Assembly (NCBI GenBank): GCA_963769025.1
Contig: CAVYKI010000009.1
Coordinates: 512,001 to 576,000, forward strand
Source of the DNA: an uncultured Verrucomicrobiae bacterium
GTDB lineage: Bacteria; Verrucomicrobiota; Verrucomicrobiia; Chthoniobacterales; Chthoniobacteraceae
DNA: 64,000 nt
Direction of reading: 5' to 3'
Shown here: positions 52,701-61,371 of the stretch, one piece after another
Layout of the letters: the number at the start of each line of letters is the position of its first letter
Numbering within the stretch: position 1 is the first letter of the stretch
Notes under the pieces: model-generated
What the model saw: only the letters and a program-made list of their open reading frames with translations
Databases searched by the model: none
What the model was told of the DNA's origin: nothing
Made by a program: the position numbers and the translations under genes

Positions 52701-53356
52701 TTCAGCAGGAGCAGCGTCTGGTATCGGAATGCGATGAGGAGTTCGCCGGCGCGCAGGCTTTTCAGCCACACATCCGCCTGGGCATCGCGGCCAAAGGTGA
52801 TCACTTCGAGCGGCAGTTGCCCGGTCTGCGCGACGCCTTGGTCCGCCTTGTCGCCGGCCTGGAGCTGATGGACGATCTCGATGGCCTGCGCCGCCATGCC
52901 GAGCCGCTCCATGAAGCCGTAGAACGCAGGCATCTGCTGCTGGTTCTTGTTGGAGCGCGCAATGATGTCGTAGAGCTGCACGCCGAGGATGATTTTCTGC
53001 TCCGGCGAAAGCATGCGGCCGAGCCGATCGCCCATGGCGTTCAGATCCTGATGCTGGCCGAGCGCTTCGCGGAACTGCCGCCGCATGTCCTCGTAGATGC
53101 CGCCGGGAAAACCGTGGCGCAGGAGCCCGAGCACCGTGTCCACTTCCTCCTCGACGAGTTCGCCGTCGTTCTTCGAAAAGCCGGCGAGCACCTGGATGAC
53201 GAGCGGGAAGAGGCTGTAGTCCTCCGCCGGGCGCGTCCTGCCCGAAAATTTGCGCCAGCTCCGGGAGACGAAACGGAGAGCCGCACGGACGGGCGACAGA
53301 AGGCTCTTGCGTATCGGTGGTGTGGCGGTGCGGGCTGCGTCAGCTGGGCTGCTCAT
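49715..53356 (-). CDS. ABCG-type ATPase/permease fusion with TerB-like and FHA-like N-terminal domains
   Basis: GGSGSGKST, LSGGERKR, DEPTSGL, IHQP, ABC2-type TMs; N-terminal KNDGELVEEE. Confidence 0.88.
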   Translation of the reverse strand: MSSPADAARTATPPIRKSLLSPVRAALRFVSRSWRKFSGRTRPAEDYSLFPLVIQVLAGFSKNDGELVEEEVDTVLGLLRHGFPGGIYEDMRRQFREALGQHQDLNAMGDRLGRMLSPEQKIILGVQLYDIIARSNKNQQQMPAFYGFMERLGMAAQAIEIVHQLQAGDKADQGVAQTGQLPLEVITFGRDAQADVWLKSLRAGELLIAFRYQTLLLLKNASQRPVYVRGRPLVPGTFSRIFSGQRVLLDEQVLTYEDIVSFFNAKKGVLTTHVYVEVSDEDEVELSRVRTRDSALEVRFGLKVQVRALKNVDARLNGIALRAGTMLNATQEDRIIFRNEAELSLTELRRKARALGVRFLLKSYKNTYRVSSNPGLLDVDDILLSPGAAGEILLKVDCDFDNKVGRLDVINAARPITVGERIVPAGGSCELKDGDFIRIDAGQGLRCDFSERIIEEERNIVSSLELRDVTCLFGDSVTGLDGINFNLTRGDIVCVMGGSGSGKSTLLRAIAGRLPPSRGKILLNRQDLYENLEKFKRFIAFIPQDDAFDDHLTVEENLDYAAAIRSPHLGKGDRRRRVDSRLVELGLSERRDVTVGSVEKKTLSGGERKRLNIGLDMISSADIFLFDEPTSGLSSKDSEHVIEIIRGLSHNKIVLVVIHQPSARLFHMFNKAVLLDRGGKLVFYGSPDEMMHYFTDAATEEKVSVHGVKSEGGSPEFCFDVLETPLHDLSGEVILEEGSNGQLLPARRFSPDFWRDRYETYRLTQEMKQVSLRKQTSAAATSTTLIPEVRRQPAPRQIRWREEWLQFHVLLRRAFLSKLRNIASLLVTLLAPPLLALVVGWALYFTEENDRPYVFASAFHIPTYIFISLLVALFLALMNSVEDIIRDRTILQRERNLDVRVGYYVTAKFLTLCAFSALQCTLFILVGNAVLEVRGMFFEYFLWTFLTAVSGISLGLLVSALVPNSKTGAMLVPLILIPQLIFGGALIKYEEMNRDPSILYAFQRWFAATSQPTDMEGDKKLSVPFISRLVATHYSYEALVVAQAKLNSLAIRQQRLQKAIEALAAKTERTEAEDERLDDLKDTLAQLSGLESDSASEVDKRLGRVDKIIAGRKPSLFDFRARPLGVTADQLYSNQKIADMVAKAETEQNDYRRNYYVNPFFSPEKHHFMFGSPRGGITISIYLRNGAILILTSAVLLVILWQVLRIQLKKTST

Positions 53357-53454
53357 GTTTGGTGTGACCGGCGCGACGGACACGCGAGGGGAGTATCACC
53401 CGCAATGCCGCGGTGTCCACCACGGCGCGTGAAAATCCCGGCGCACCGCGCGCG

Positions 53455-54248
53455 TCAGGCCTCGGGCGGCGTGGCAAAATCGTGTGCGTTCGCCGGCGGG
53501 CGCGCTGCCGGTCGCACGCCATGCGTGGTCATCGCGGGCTGCCGCATCGGCAGGGGAACTGCGCCGCTTTTCCGCGAACACCGCGACGCCGATGACCCCG
53601 GCGTTGGTCGCGTTTCCATGGCGACGATGCCCGTAGCTGTCGAACATCGTCCCGAACCGGAAGGCTGCCACGGTCGACTGGCTCGTCCGGAATCCCTCGA
53701 CCGCCAGCGTCTCGAATGGTGCAAGCACGTAGCCGCGCTTCTTGAATGACGCGGGCTTGCCATCCATCGCATCCAGCCCGTCCACGCTGACCAGCACCTC
53801 CACGGCGCGGCGTCCGTCGTTCTTGAGCACTACCTCGTAGCGCGCAGTCCGCTCGGCCGTCGCGATCCGATGCCCGCGCGCTTCGCGACATTCGAGCCAT
53901 GCCCCGTTTCCCGCGCGCAAACCGATCCGGACGAGGCCGCCGGCCGCGTCCTGCAAGCCGTCGGCAGTCCGTGACTGGCCTCCGAGGAAATCGAGCATCG
54001 CATTCGCGCCGTCGCGATCGTTGTAGTAAATCCGTTCCTGCCCGGATGGCCGCCCGGCCGAAGCCCGCGCGAATGGCGCCGGTTCCACCCACGACTCGCG
54101 CTGTTCGCCCCACGAGGTGCCGAGGCCGGGACGTTCCTGCGCAGGTGCGAATCCGGTGCGCCGCGTCGCATCGGCACGCTCCGGCTTCGTCGCGCATCCG
54201 GAAAGGATGACGGCGGCGAACGAGCAGGGCGGCGCGGGCGGGATTCAT
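53455..54248 (-). CDS. Hypothetical lipoprotein, frameshifted
   Basis: RYEVVLKN...EVLVSVDGLDAMDG...RGYVL...GVIGVAVF. Confidence 0.65.
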
Positions 54249-54946
54249 CGGCGATGAGTGTCCACGACACCGCGCCAGAATGCCGGGAAGTCTGCAAAGA
54301 GTTTTTCCATCGCCTCGCGTTCGACTTTTGCCCGGGCGCGCTGGATGACCTCGTCGCCACCCCACGCCATCGTGATGCCGGAACGTGCCCGGCTCTTTTC
54401 GATCGTTCCGTAAATGTAGCCCGTGCGCGTGTCCACGAGCGCCGCGAGCGCCGTCGAGATCAGTTCGTAGCGCTTGTTCGGCAGGAGCCCGAGGGAAAGC
54501 TCGGTCAGGGGCGCGATGATTCGCCCGTCGGTCGCCTGCGTCTCCGTCGCCAGGATCAACACGGCATCCGCATGCAGCTTCGCCGCCGCCTCGCGGAGAC
54601 GCAGATCGGCCTTCGGATCGGTGCCGGATCGATGTTCGTTCCGTGAGCACCGGACTGACGATTGCAATTCGCGCGAGCTGCGGCAGCGAACTCCACGCGT
54701 CGAGCGTCCCGTGTGCGGAGAGGGCGCGGAGATGATCGCGGGTGTCCCGACTGTTGGATGCCACCGCGATGGTGCGCGGGAAAGCGGATCGCCGGCTTTG
54801 CGTTGAAGGCGCGCGCGATGAGCGGATCGGAGAACGCCACGCGCTTCGCCTCGAGGGAGCGGGCGACGGCGGGGGAGTTGACATACGAGGTGCAGCCGGA
54901 CGCGAGGAGCACAGTGGCGAGGACGAGAATGCGAGCTGGAGTTCAT
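54245..54946 (-). CDS. Hypothetical lipoprotein, frameshifted
   Basis: LASGC lipobox; LREAAAKLHADAVL...DTRTGYIYG. Confidence 0.65.
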   Translation of the reverse strand: MNSSSHSRPRHCAPRVRLHLVCQLPRRRPLPRGEARGVLRSAHRARLQRKAGDPLSRAPSRWHPTVGTPAIISAPSPHTGRSTRGVRCRSSRELQSSVRCSRNEHRSGTDPKADLRLREAAAKLHADAVLILATETQATDGRIIAPLTELSLGLLPNKRYELISTALAALVDTRTGYIYGTIEKSRARSGITMAWGGDEVIQRARAKVEREAMEKLFADFPAFWRGVVDTHRR

Positions 54947-55049
54947 GTGCTGGAAAACCAGCAGGAAGACCATCAAGCCGCAAGCTCTTTTGCTAAAAAT
55001 ACTGCATTTGAGTTGACCGACCCACGTTGCACTGCCCATCGTCCCGCCT

Positions 55050-55433
55050 GTGCCAGCCAGCCATCACGACCACGATCCCTTGTCCCGCCGCGAGCGGCAG
55101 ATCATGGACGTCATCTGGCGCTCGGGCCGCGCGACCGCGTCGGAAATCCACGCGCATCTGCCGGATGCCCCGAGCTACTCCGCGGTCCGCGCGCTGCTCG
55201 CCGTGCTCGTGGGCAAGGGGCACCTCCGCCACGAGCGCGACGGCAAACGCTACGTGTACGAGCCGCTCGCGTCGCAAGAAAACGCCGGGAAGAGCGCGCT
55301 GCGGCGGCTGCTCTCCACCTTTTTCAAGAACAGCCCCGCCAACCTCGTGGCGACGCTGCTTGACCCGAAGGATCTCGATGCGTCCGAACTCGCACGGATC
55401 AAGGAACTCATTGATCGGAAAAGGAAGAAATGA
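55050..55433 (+). CDS. BlaI/MecI/CopY family repressor
   Basis: LSRRERQIMDVIW, YSAVRALL, KG, YVYEP. Confidence 0.92.
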   Translation: MPASHHDHDPLSRRERQIMDVIWRSGRATASEIHAHLPDAPSYSAVRALLAVLVGKGHLRHERDGKRYVYEPLASQENAGKSALRRLLSTFFKNSPANLVATLLDPKDLDASELARIKELIDRKRKK

Positions 55434-56452
55434 ACCTGCCCGCCTTCCAAGATTGGGTGTTTCGCAGCGTCGCCGTCGGCGGTGTGGCCACAGCATGCGT
55501 CCTCCTTTGCCCTCCGAACTGGCGCGTGCGCGTCCGGCAGGTGGTGCCGGTCGTCGCGTTTGCCGTGCTCATCGCCCTCGGCGCCGGGCTCCTCGGACCG
55601 CTGCCGACTTTCGAGATGAAGGCGCCGGCGATCTTGGAACGCCTGGCAGCGTCGGCGGGTGACTGGATTGCGCCGTGGCTCGCGTGGACGTTCGCCCTGG
55701 TCGCGTTGCTCCTCCTTGCGCGCAACGTCGCAGGAATGGCCGCCGTCTCGCGTCTTGTGAATCAGTCGCGTCCGGTGCGCGGCCGTGCGTGGAGCGCGCT
55801 GCTCGACGAATGCCAGCGCACGCTGGGCCTTAGTGGGCGCGTCCGCCTGTTGCTCGCCGGGCCCGGATTCGTGCCGAGTGCGACGGGGCTTTTCCGCCGG
55901 ACGGTGCTCTTTCCGGATGAGGCATTGCACTGGACACTCGAACAGCGCCGGCTCGTGTTGCTCCATGAACTCGGCCATTTCCGCCGCGGCGACCTGTGGA
56001 CCCATGCGCTCGGCCAGATCGCATGCGCCGTTCATTGGTTCAATCCGTTCGTATGGATGCTGCACCGGCATCTCGCGCTTGAGCGGGAATTCGCCTGCGA
56101 CGCGCTCGTCGTCGCACGCGGCGCTGCGCGGGAGGATTACGCCTCGCTGCTGTGGGAAATGGGCGTCGCTGCAAGCAGACCGCGGCTGGTTTCCGCCGCC
56201 TATCTCGCGATGGCTGCGCCGGGCCGCGGGAAACTGGAGCAGAGGGTCCGCCGCATCCTCGCGCCGGCAGGTGACGTCGGGTTGTGGCTGCGCGCGGCGG
56301 ATTCAGTGCTGTGCGCCGGCGGGGCGCTACTGCTGGTGCTGTGCGCCTCGTTCAAGCCCGTGATCGTCAGGACGCTGCTCGACACCACGCCGTGGACGCC
56401 GCATGAAATCTCGGCACGACTTTCCGCCGATCCATTTCCCGGCGGGCGGTAG
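55430..56452 (+). CDS. BlaR1/M56 family metallopeptidase
   Basis: LLHELGHFRRGD, HWFNPFVW, REFACD. Confidence 0.92.
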   Translation: MNLPAFQDWVFRSVAVGGVATACVLLCPPNWRVRVRQVVPVVAFAVLIALGAGLLGPLPTFEMKAPAILERLAASAGDWIAPWLAWTFALVALLLLARNVAGMAAVSRLVNQSRPVRGRAWSALLDECQRTLGLSGRVRLLLAGPGFVPSATGLFRRTVLFPDEALHWTLEQRRLVLLHELGHFRRGDLWTHALGQIACAVHWFNPFVWMLHRHLALEREFACDALVVARGAAREDYASLLWEMGVAASRPRLVSAAYLAMAAPGRGKLEQRVRRILAPAGDVGLWLRAADSVLCAGGALLLVLCASFKPVIVRTLLDTTPWTPHEISARLSADPFPGGR

Positions 56453-56771
56453 GAAGGTGAGAGGGACAGCGCACAAGCGGCGCGCTTGCGAAAACCGGCG
56501 GCGCCCGTAGGAACGCCCGACATGTCACCGGTCTGCATGGAATCGAAATGTGCGCCTGCTGGCGCACGGATGGAAACGCCGGCCGCGCGTGAAAGGAAAG
56601 GGCACCACGGTCGTGCTCGGAAACATCGGCCGGCAGGATTTCTTCCTCGGAGAGCCGCGCTGGCTCCCGAAGCCGGCGAAGTAGGAGCGGACATGCGGGC
56701 TCTGCGCGGCGTGGAGGGGTGCGGAGGACTTTCCCCTTTCAAGCGATCCGATCGCATCGCATCCTCGCGTC

Positions 56772-56990
56772 ATGAACGCCGCCCAACAGCAAATCCTCGA
56801 CAAGGTGATCGAAATGCTCAGTGAACACTTCGACCACGCGATCGTCGCCGTCGGCTGCTACGACGAGGACAAGCAGTATTCCACCGCCGCGACCTACAGC
56901 GGCGGCGTGGCCCCGGCGCTCGGCCTGTGCAAGCTCTACGAGACGAAGTGGCAGAACGAACACCTCTGGGGCACGGACGAGGAAGACTAG
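56772..56990 (+). CDS. Small hypothetical protein
   Basis: 72-aa ORF with host-like codon usage. Confidence 0.6.
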   Translation: MNAAQQQILDKVIEMLSEHFDHAIVAVGCYDEDKQYSTAATYSGGVAPALGLCKLYETKWQNEHLWGTDEED

Positions 56991-57088
56991 CGGCCTCTGC
57001 GATTCGGATCCGCCCGCCTCGTTCCCTCGGCGGCTGGGGGCACTGCACACTGGCCTTTTCCACGCGCGCCGCTACGTTCCCGCGCCCT

Positions 57089-58251
57089 ATGACCAGCGTC
57101 TGGAATTCCGCCCACCCCTGGCTCCGCGAACTCGTCTCCTACGAGCCGGGCAAGCCGATCGAGGACGTCGCGCGCGAGCTCGGCCTGCAGCCGCGGCGAC
57201 ATCATCAAGCTCGCCTCGAACGAAAACCCGCTCGGCCCTTCGCCGAAGGCGCTCGCCGCCATGCAGCGAGACGCTGGAGCGCGTCGCACTTTTACCCCGA
57301 TGGCGGCGGCTACTATCTGCGCGAGGCCATCGCGGAAAAGTTCGGCCTCGAGCATGGAGAACGTCATCCTCGGCTGCGGGTCGAACGAGATCATCGAATT
57401 CATCGGCAAGGCCTTCCTGAATCCCGGCGACGAGATCATCGCCGCGCGCCACGCCTTCGTCGTCTACAAGCTCATGGCCACGCTCTTCGGCGCGAACACC
57501 ATCGAGGTGCCCGACCCGAACTTCGCGCACGACCTCGACGCGCATGGCTCGCCGCGATCACCCCGCGCACGAAGGAAATCTTCATCGCGAATCCGAACAA
57601 CCCCACCGGCACGCTGCTGCTCGCAGGAGGAGATCGACCGCTTCATGGCAGCGCGTGCCCGAGCACGTCATCGTCGTCTTCGACGAGGCCTACTACGAGT
57701 TCCTGCGCGAACCCGCCCGACACGCTGAAGTACGTCCGCGAAGGCCGCAACGTCGTCGTCCTCCGCACCTTCTCGAAAATCCAGGGCCTCGCGAATCTCC
57801 GCATCGGCTACGGCCTCGCGCAAGCCGGAGCTCATCGACGTGCTGCAAAAGACCCGCCAGCCCTTCAACGCCAACGGCATCGCCCAGGCCGGCGCGCTCG
57901 CCGGCCTCGCTCGACGACGAGCACCAGCGCAAGACCCGCGACCTCACCATCGAGGGCCGCGAGTGGCTGCAAGCGCGAGTTCGCCGCGCTCGGCCTCGAG
58001 TTCGTCCCGAGCCACGCGAACTTCGTCCTCGTCCAAGTCGGCGACGGCAAGGCGGTCTTCCAGGCGCTCATGAAAGAGGGATCATCGTCCGCGACATGAC
58101 CGCCTACGGCCTGCCCGAATGGATCCGCGTGAGCATCGGCACCATGGAGCAAAACCGCCGCTTCCTCGCGGAGCTGAAGGCCCTCGGCGTGCTGCGGGAA
58201 GTAACGGGCCCGGCGAACGCTCGCGGCATCACCCCGGACGTTATGCAATGA
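57089..58251 (+). CDS. hisC: Histidinol-phosphate aminotransferase, many frameshifts
   Basis: YEPGKPI, KLASNENP, ANPNNPTG, DEAYYEF, RTFSK..GLA.LRIGY, IRVSIGT. Confidence 0.9.
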
Positions 58252-58318
58252 CGCCCATTACGCGTTGGAAAGCAGCCGGGGCGACGAGGTGAAACGGGGC
58301 GGGAGCAGTGCCCCACCT

Positions 58319-59213
58319 TTATTCGCGGACCGTTCTTCCGTCGCCGTAGCTCACCGCGCGGGTGCCGTCCAGTGCGGGGAATTTCCCCTGCAGCAGCCGG
58401 TCGGTCGGTTTGATGTCTTTCCCGGGGCCGCCGAAATATTCGTATCCGGGTTCCGTCGAGTCGGGAGCGAGCGGGGAAAGGAGTTCTCTGGCAGGACCAA
58501 AATAGTTGGGGATCAATTCCTGCAGGTCCTTGGGGAGCGTGCCGCCGTTATCGCTCTGATAGTGTCGGATGGCCATGCTGATTGCCTTGGCAGTCATGAG
58601 AATCTTTCTGTATCTGATTCTCCAGCTCCAGATCCACCCTCCAGCCGAGCCAGGTCCTGCGGACATAACTCTTCGTGGCGATCGCCGACTTGTTTTGCTC
58701 GGGGCGAATCACGCGCGCGTTGACCACCGCAATCCCGCCATGATGGGTGGTGCCTGTGATCTCCACGACCGCCTCCCTGTTCTTCTCCAAGTTCTTTTCC
58801 ACTTCGGCAGGCGCCTTCTTCCTCATCGCCTCCACTTCCTTTTCAGGCTCGTCAAGAAGGTGCAGGCTGCTGGCGGTCACCATCCGCCGAACCGTCTTGA
58901 AGTCCACTCCCACGGAGGCCTGCAGAAACGTGCCCACCACGGCCGCGGGCGAGCGGTACGGCCAGAGGAAATATGCGGCGGCTCCGCCCGCCAACAGCAA
59001 CACGACGAGCAGCGGCAGCAGGAGCCGGCGCATCCGGCTTGGCTTCGGCGCGTGAGGGGCCGTCTTCGAAACAGGAGGCGGCGTATCGGGCTCCGGGGGT
59101 TCGGGCACCGTGAAGGTGTTTTGGCAGGTGGAGCAGATGCCCTCGGTGCCGGCGTCCTCCGAGGTCGCGGCGATGCGCTGGCCACAGTGCGGACAAGAAA
59201 ATTTGAACGTCAT
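58319..59213 (-). CDS. Zn-ribbon, TM, DUF4878-like and pseudopilin-like C-terminal domain; probably one gene frameshifted near 58600
   Basis: CPHCG..CSTC, TM segment; second ORF AIRHYQSDNGGTLPKDLQEL...YGDG. Confidence 0.55.
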
Positions 59214-59430
59214 GGCAGGGGGACTGAATCGATTCAGCGGGGACGATGATACCTTTCGCCTAGTGGAAAAACCGCGTTTCCGGCGCGGTGTCAACTCCGC
59301 GGATAGCCGGCATGATAGTGCCGGATCCACGCGAGCAAGGACGGCGTCGCGTCTCGCCCGTCCCTGCGGGATGGGTGCATCCGCGCGAACCCGGGGTGAT
59401 GCGAATGGAACCCTGGCGGAAGGCCATGGG

Positions 59431-59694
59431 AGCCTCAACGCATTGGCATGCTTCCCACATGATGATTGTAGATGAGCTGATTGAAAACCCGATGGCGGCC
59501 ACACGACATTTGGATGCTGCCCGCATCACTTTACAACATCGTCCACCTAGCACTTGGAGACTGGCCACATGGCGTCGCGAACCGGCTCCCATCGAATCGG
59601 GAGATGGGCAACATGGCGATGGGCGCTGGTCCACACGGAGTCGGGGTCCGGGCCACACGGCTTTTCCATATGGCCCCCCTTGCGCTTCGAGATG
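59431..59694. repeat. Degenerate 22-bp-period tandem array (~12 units, core GGCCACAYGG)
   Basis: Core recurs at 59453, 59497, 59519, 59541, 59563, 59585, 59607, 59629, 59651, 59673. Confidence 0.7.
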
Positions 59695-59704
59695 CCTTCC
59701 TTGC

Positions 59705-60640
59705 TTACAGCGTGATGGGGTCCATGTAGGTGAAGGAGCGCACGGAGCCGTTGATGTAGGCGGCGACCCGCACCGTCTGGGGGCCGGTGGTGCCGGCGGG
59801 GATGAGTACGCTCAGGGAGGTGGGGGTGACGGTGCCATAGACGGTGCAGCGCACTTCGGCGTTGTTGCCGGTGCGGAGAAAGACTCCCTGGGTCGTGTCA
59901 GTCTTCTGGAAGCGGAGGTTGCTGCCGCTGATTTCGACCATGGTGCCGGCGACGTAGTGGTCCTGCTGGCCGTTTTCCTGGCTGCAGATGGAGTCGATGA
60001 GCGGGCTGACTTTGCCCACCTCGCCCATGCTTTCGATCGTGAGGCTGGAGCGCCAGTTGGCGATGGTGTCGGCGGTGAATGAAAGCGCAACGGAGGCATT
60101 GAGTTCATCCGGGTTGTTAAAGCCGCTCGGGGTGGGCTGGCTGCCGCCGCTGGTGGGGCGGAAGCGCAGCCGGCCTAGGAGGCCCTGCGAGAAGCCGCCG
60201 GTGGCGGCGGCGACGAGGAGCTTGTCGAGGAACGTGCCGACGGCGGCGGTGACCTGCTCGGCGGTGAGGCCCGTGGCGGCGGCGACCTGCGCGATGAGGG
60301 CCGCCTCGGTGATGGCTTCGCCCAAGACCGGGCGTGTGGTGAATCCGCCGTTGGGGTTTGGTGCGATGTTGTATTGGAACGTGTTCATATTTGTGGATGG
60401 TTGGTTTGCGGGTGTTGTGGGTGCGTTGCTGCTGTCTTTTGGTTTCGGTTTGCGTCGGAAGGGTTTCTTTTTGGGCTTCGGTTCAGGACCGGGGATCTGG
60501 CCGGGGTAGGGGGTAAAGCCGGGGTCCCCGGGCTCGAGGTACATGCCGATGCCCTCGTCATTGAAAAAGAGGTTCGGGTCATCCCACGTGAAGGGCGTGC
60601 CCGTGAAGGGATTGGTCATATCCCAGTACAGAGGCTTCAT
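59705..60640 (-). CDS. HU-like DNA-binding plus DUF4469-like Ig-fold protein with Trp-Asp/Lys-rich leader (alternative start 60388)
   Basis: ITEAALIAQVAAATGLTAEQV; PLIDSI...GTMVEISGSNLRF...QGVFL...PTSLSVLIPA. Confidence 0.75.
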   Translation of the reverse strand: MKPLYWDMTNPFTGTPFTWDDPNLFFNDEGIGMYLEPGDPGFTPYPGQIPGPEPKPKKKPFRRKPKPKDSSNAPTTPANQPSTNMNTFQYNIAPNPNGGFTTRPVLGEAITEAALIAQVAAATGLTAEQVTAAVGTFLDKLLVAAATGGFSQGLLGRLRFRPTSGGSQPTPSGFNNPDELNASVALSFTADTIANWRSSLTIESMGEVGKVSPLIDSICSQENGQQDHYVAGTMVEISGSNLRFQKTDTTQGVFLRTGNNAEVRCTVYGTVTPTSLSVLIPAGTTGPQTVRVAAYINGSVRSFTYMDPITL

Positions 60641-60850
60641 GGGAGCGGGTGCGGATTCACGGGCAATGGCAGGCGCGCAAGCATGTGGAGGGAGGGATTC
60701 CTGATATCCAATTTTCAACACCCAATCCGGGCGCGTTTGTTACGCGCAAAAGCGGGGTCCCGTTCAAAGTCCGCGGCACCTTCCCCGCGTGGGCGGCGGT
60801 CTCGGGCGTGCATGCTTGCTCCGCACGGGCGGGGCGGGGATATTCCGCGC

Positions 60851-61321
60851 ATGAGTGCCAAACCGATTCCCGACGGCTATGCCGCCATCAACCCTTACCT
60901 CATCATCGATGGCGCGGCGCGTGCCATCGAGTTTTACAAGGACGTCTTCGGCGCCACCGAGCGCATGCGGATGCCGACGCCGGCCGGCACCGTCGGCCAT
61001 GCGGAACTGACCATCGGCGGCAGCGTGGTGATGCTGGCGGACCCGTGTCCGGAGATGAAGGCGTTCGCCCCGGCGGCGGGCGCGAGCGTTCCGGTGAGCC
61101 TGGTGCTCTACATTCCCGAGGTGGATGCGGTGGTGGCGCGCGCGGTGGCCGCGGGCGCGAAGCTGGAGATGGCCGTGGAGACGAAATTCTACGGGGACCG
61201 CAGCGGTTGCATCGTGGATCCATTCGGCCACCGCTGGCATGTCTCCACGCATGTGGAGGACGTTTCAGCCGAGGAAATGCAGAGGCGCATGGCCGCGATG
61301 AAGCCGGGCGGGGCCGGGTGA
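60851..61321 (+). CDS. VOC/glyoxalase (PhnB-like) protein
   Basis: AIEFYKDVFGA, HAELTIG, FYGDRSG, DPFGHRW. Confidence 0.92.
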   Translation: MSAKPIPDGYAAINPYLIIDGAARAIEFYKDVFGATERMRMPTPAGTVGHAELTIGGSVVMLADPCPEMKAFAPAAGASVPVSLVLYIPEVDAVVARAVAAGAKLEMAVETKFYGDRSGCIVDPFGHRWHVSTHVEDVSAEEMQRRMAAMKPGGAG

Positions 61322-61371
61322 GGCCGGTGTGACGAAGCGGCGCCGCGTTCCGGAGCGGAAGCGGTCGCCGG

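Noticed and set aside
56453..56771. ncRNA or riboswitch in the intergenic gap
   Set aside because: Only weak GTAGGA-initiated REP-like motifs; no family I can support without an Rfam search
59431..59694. TIGR- or CRISPR-type guide array
   Set aside because: The 22-nt period is too short, the core is degenerate, and no Nop-domain or Cas gene is adjacent; kept only as an unexplained array
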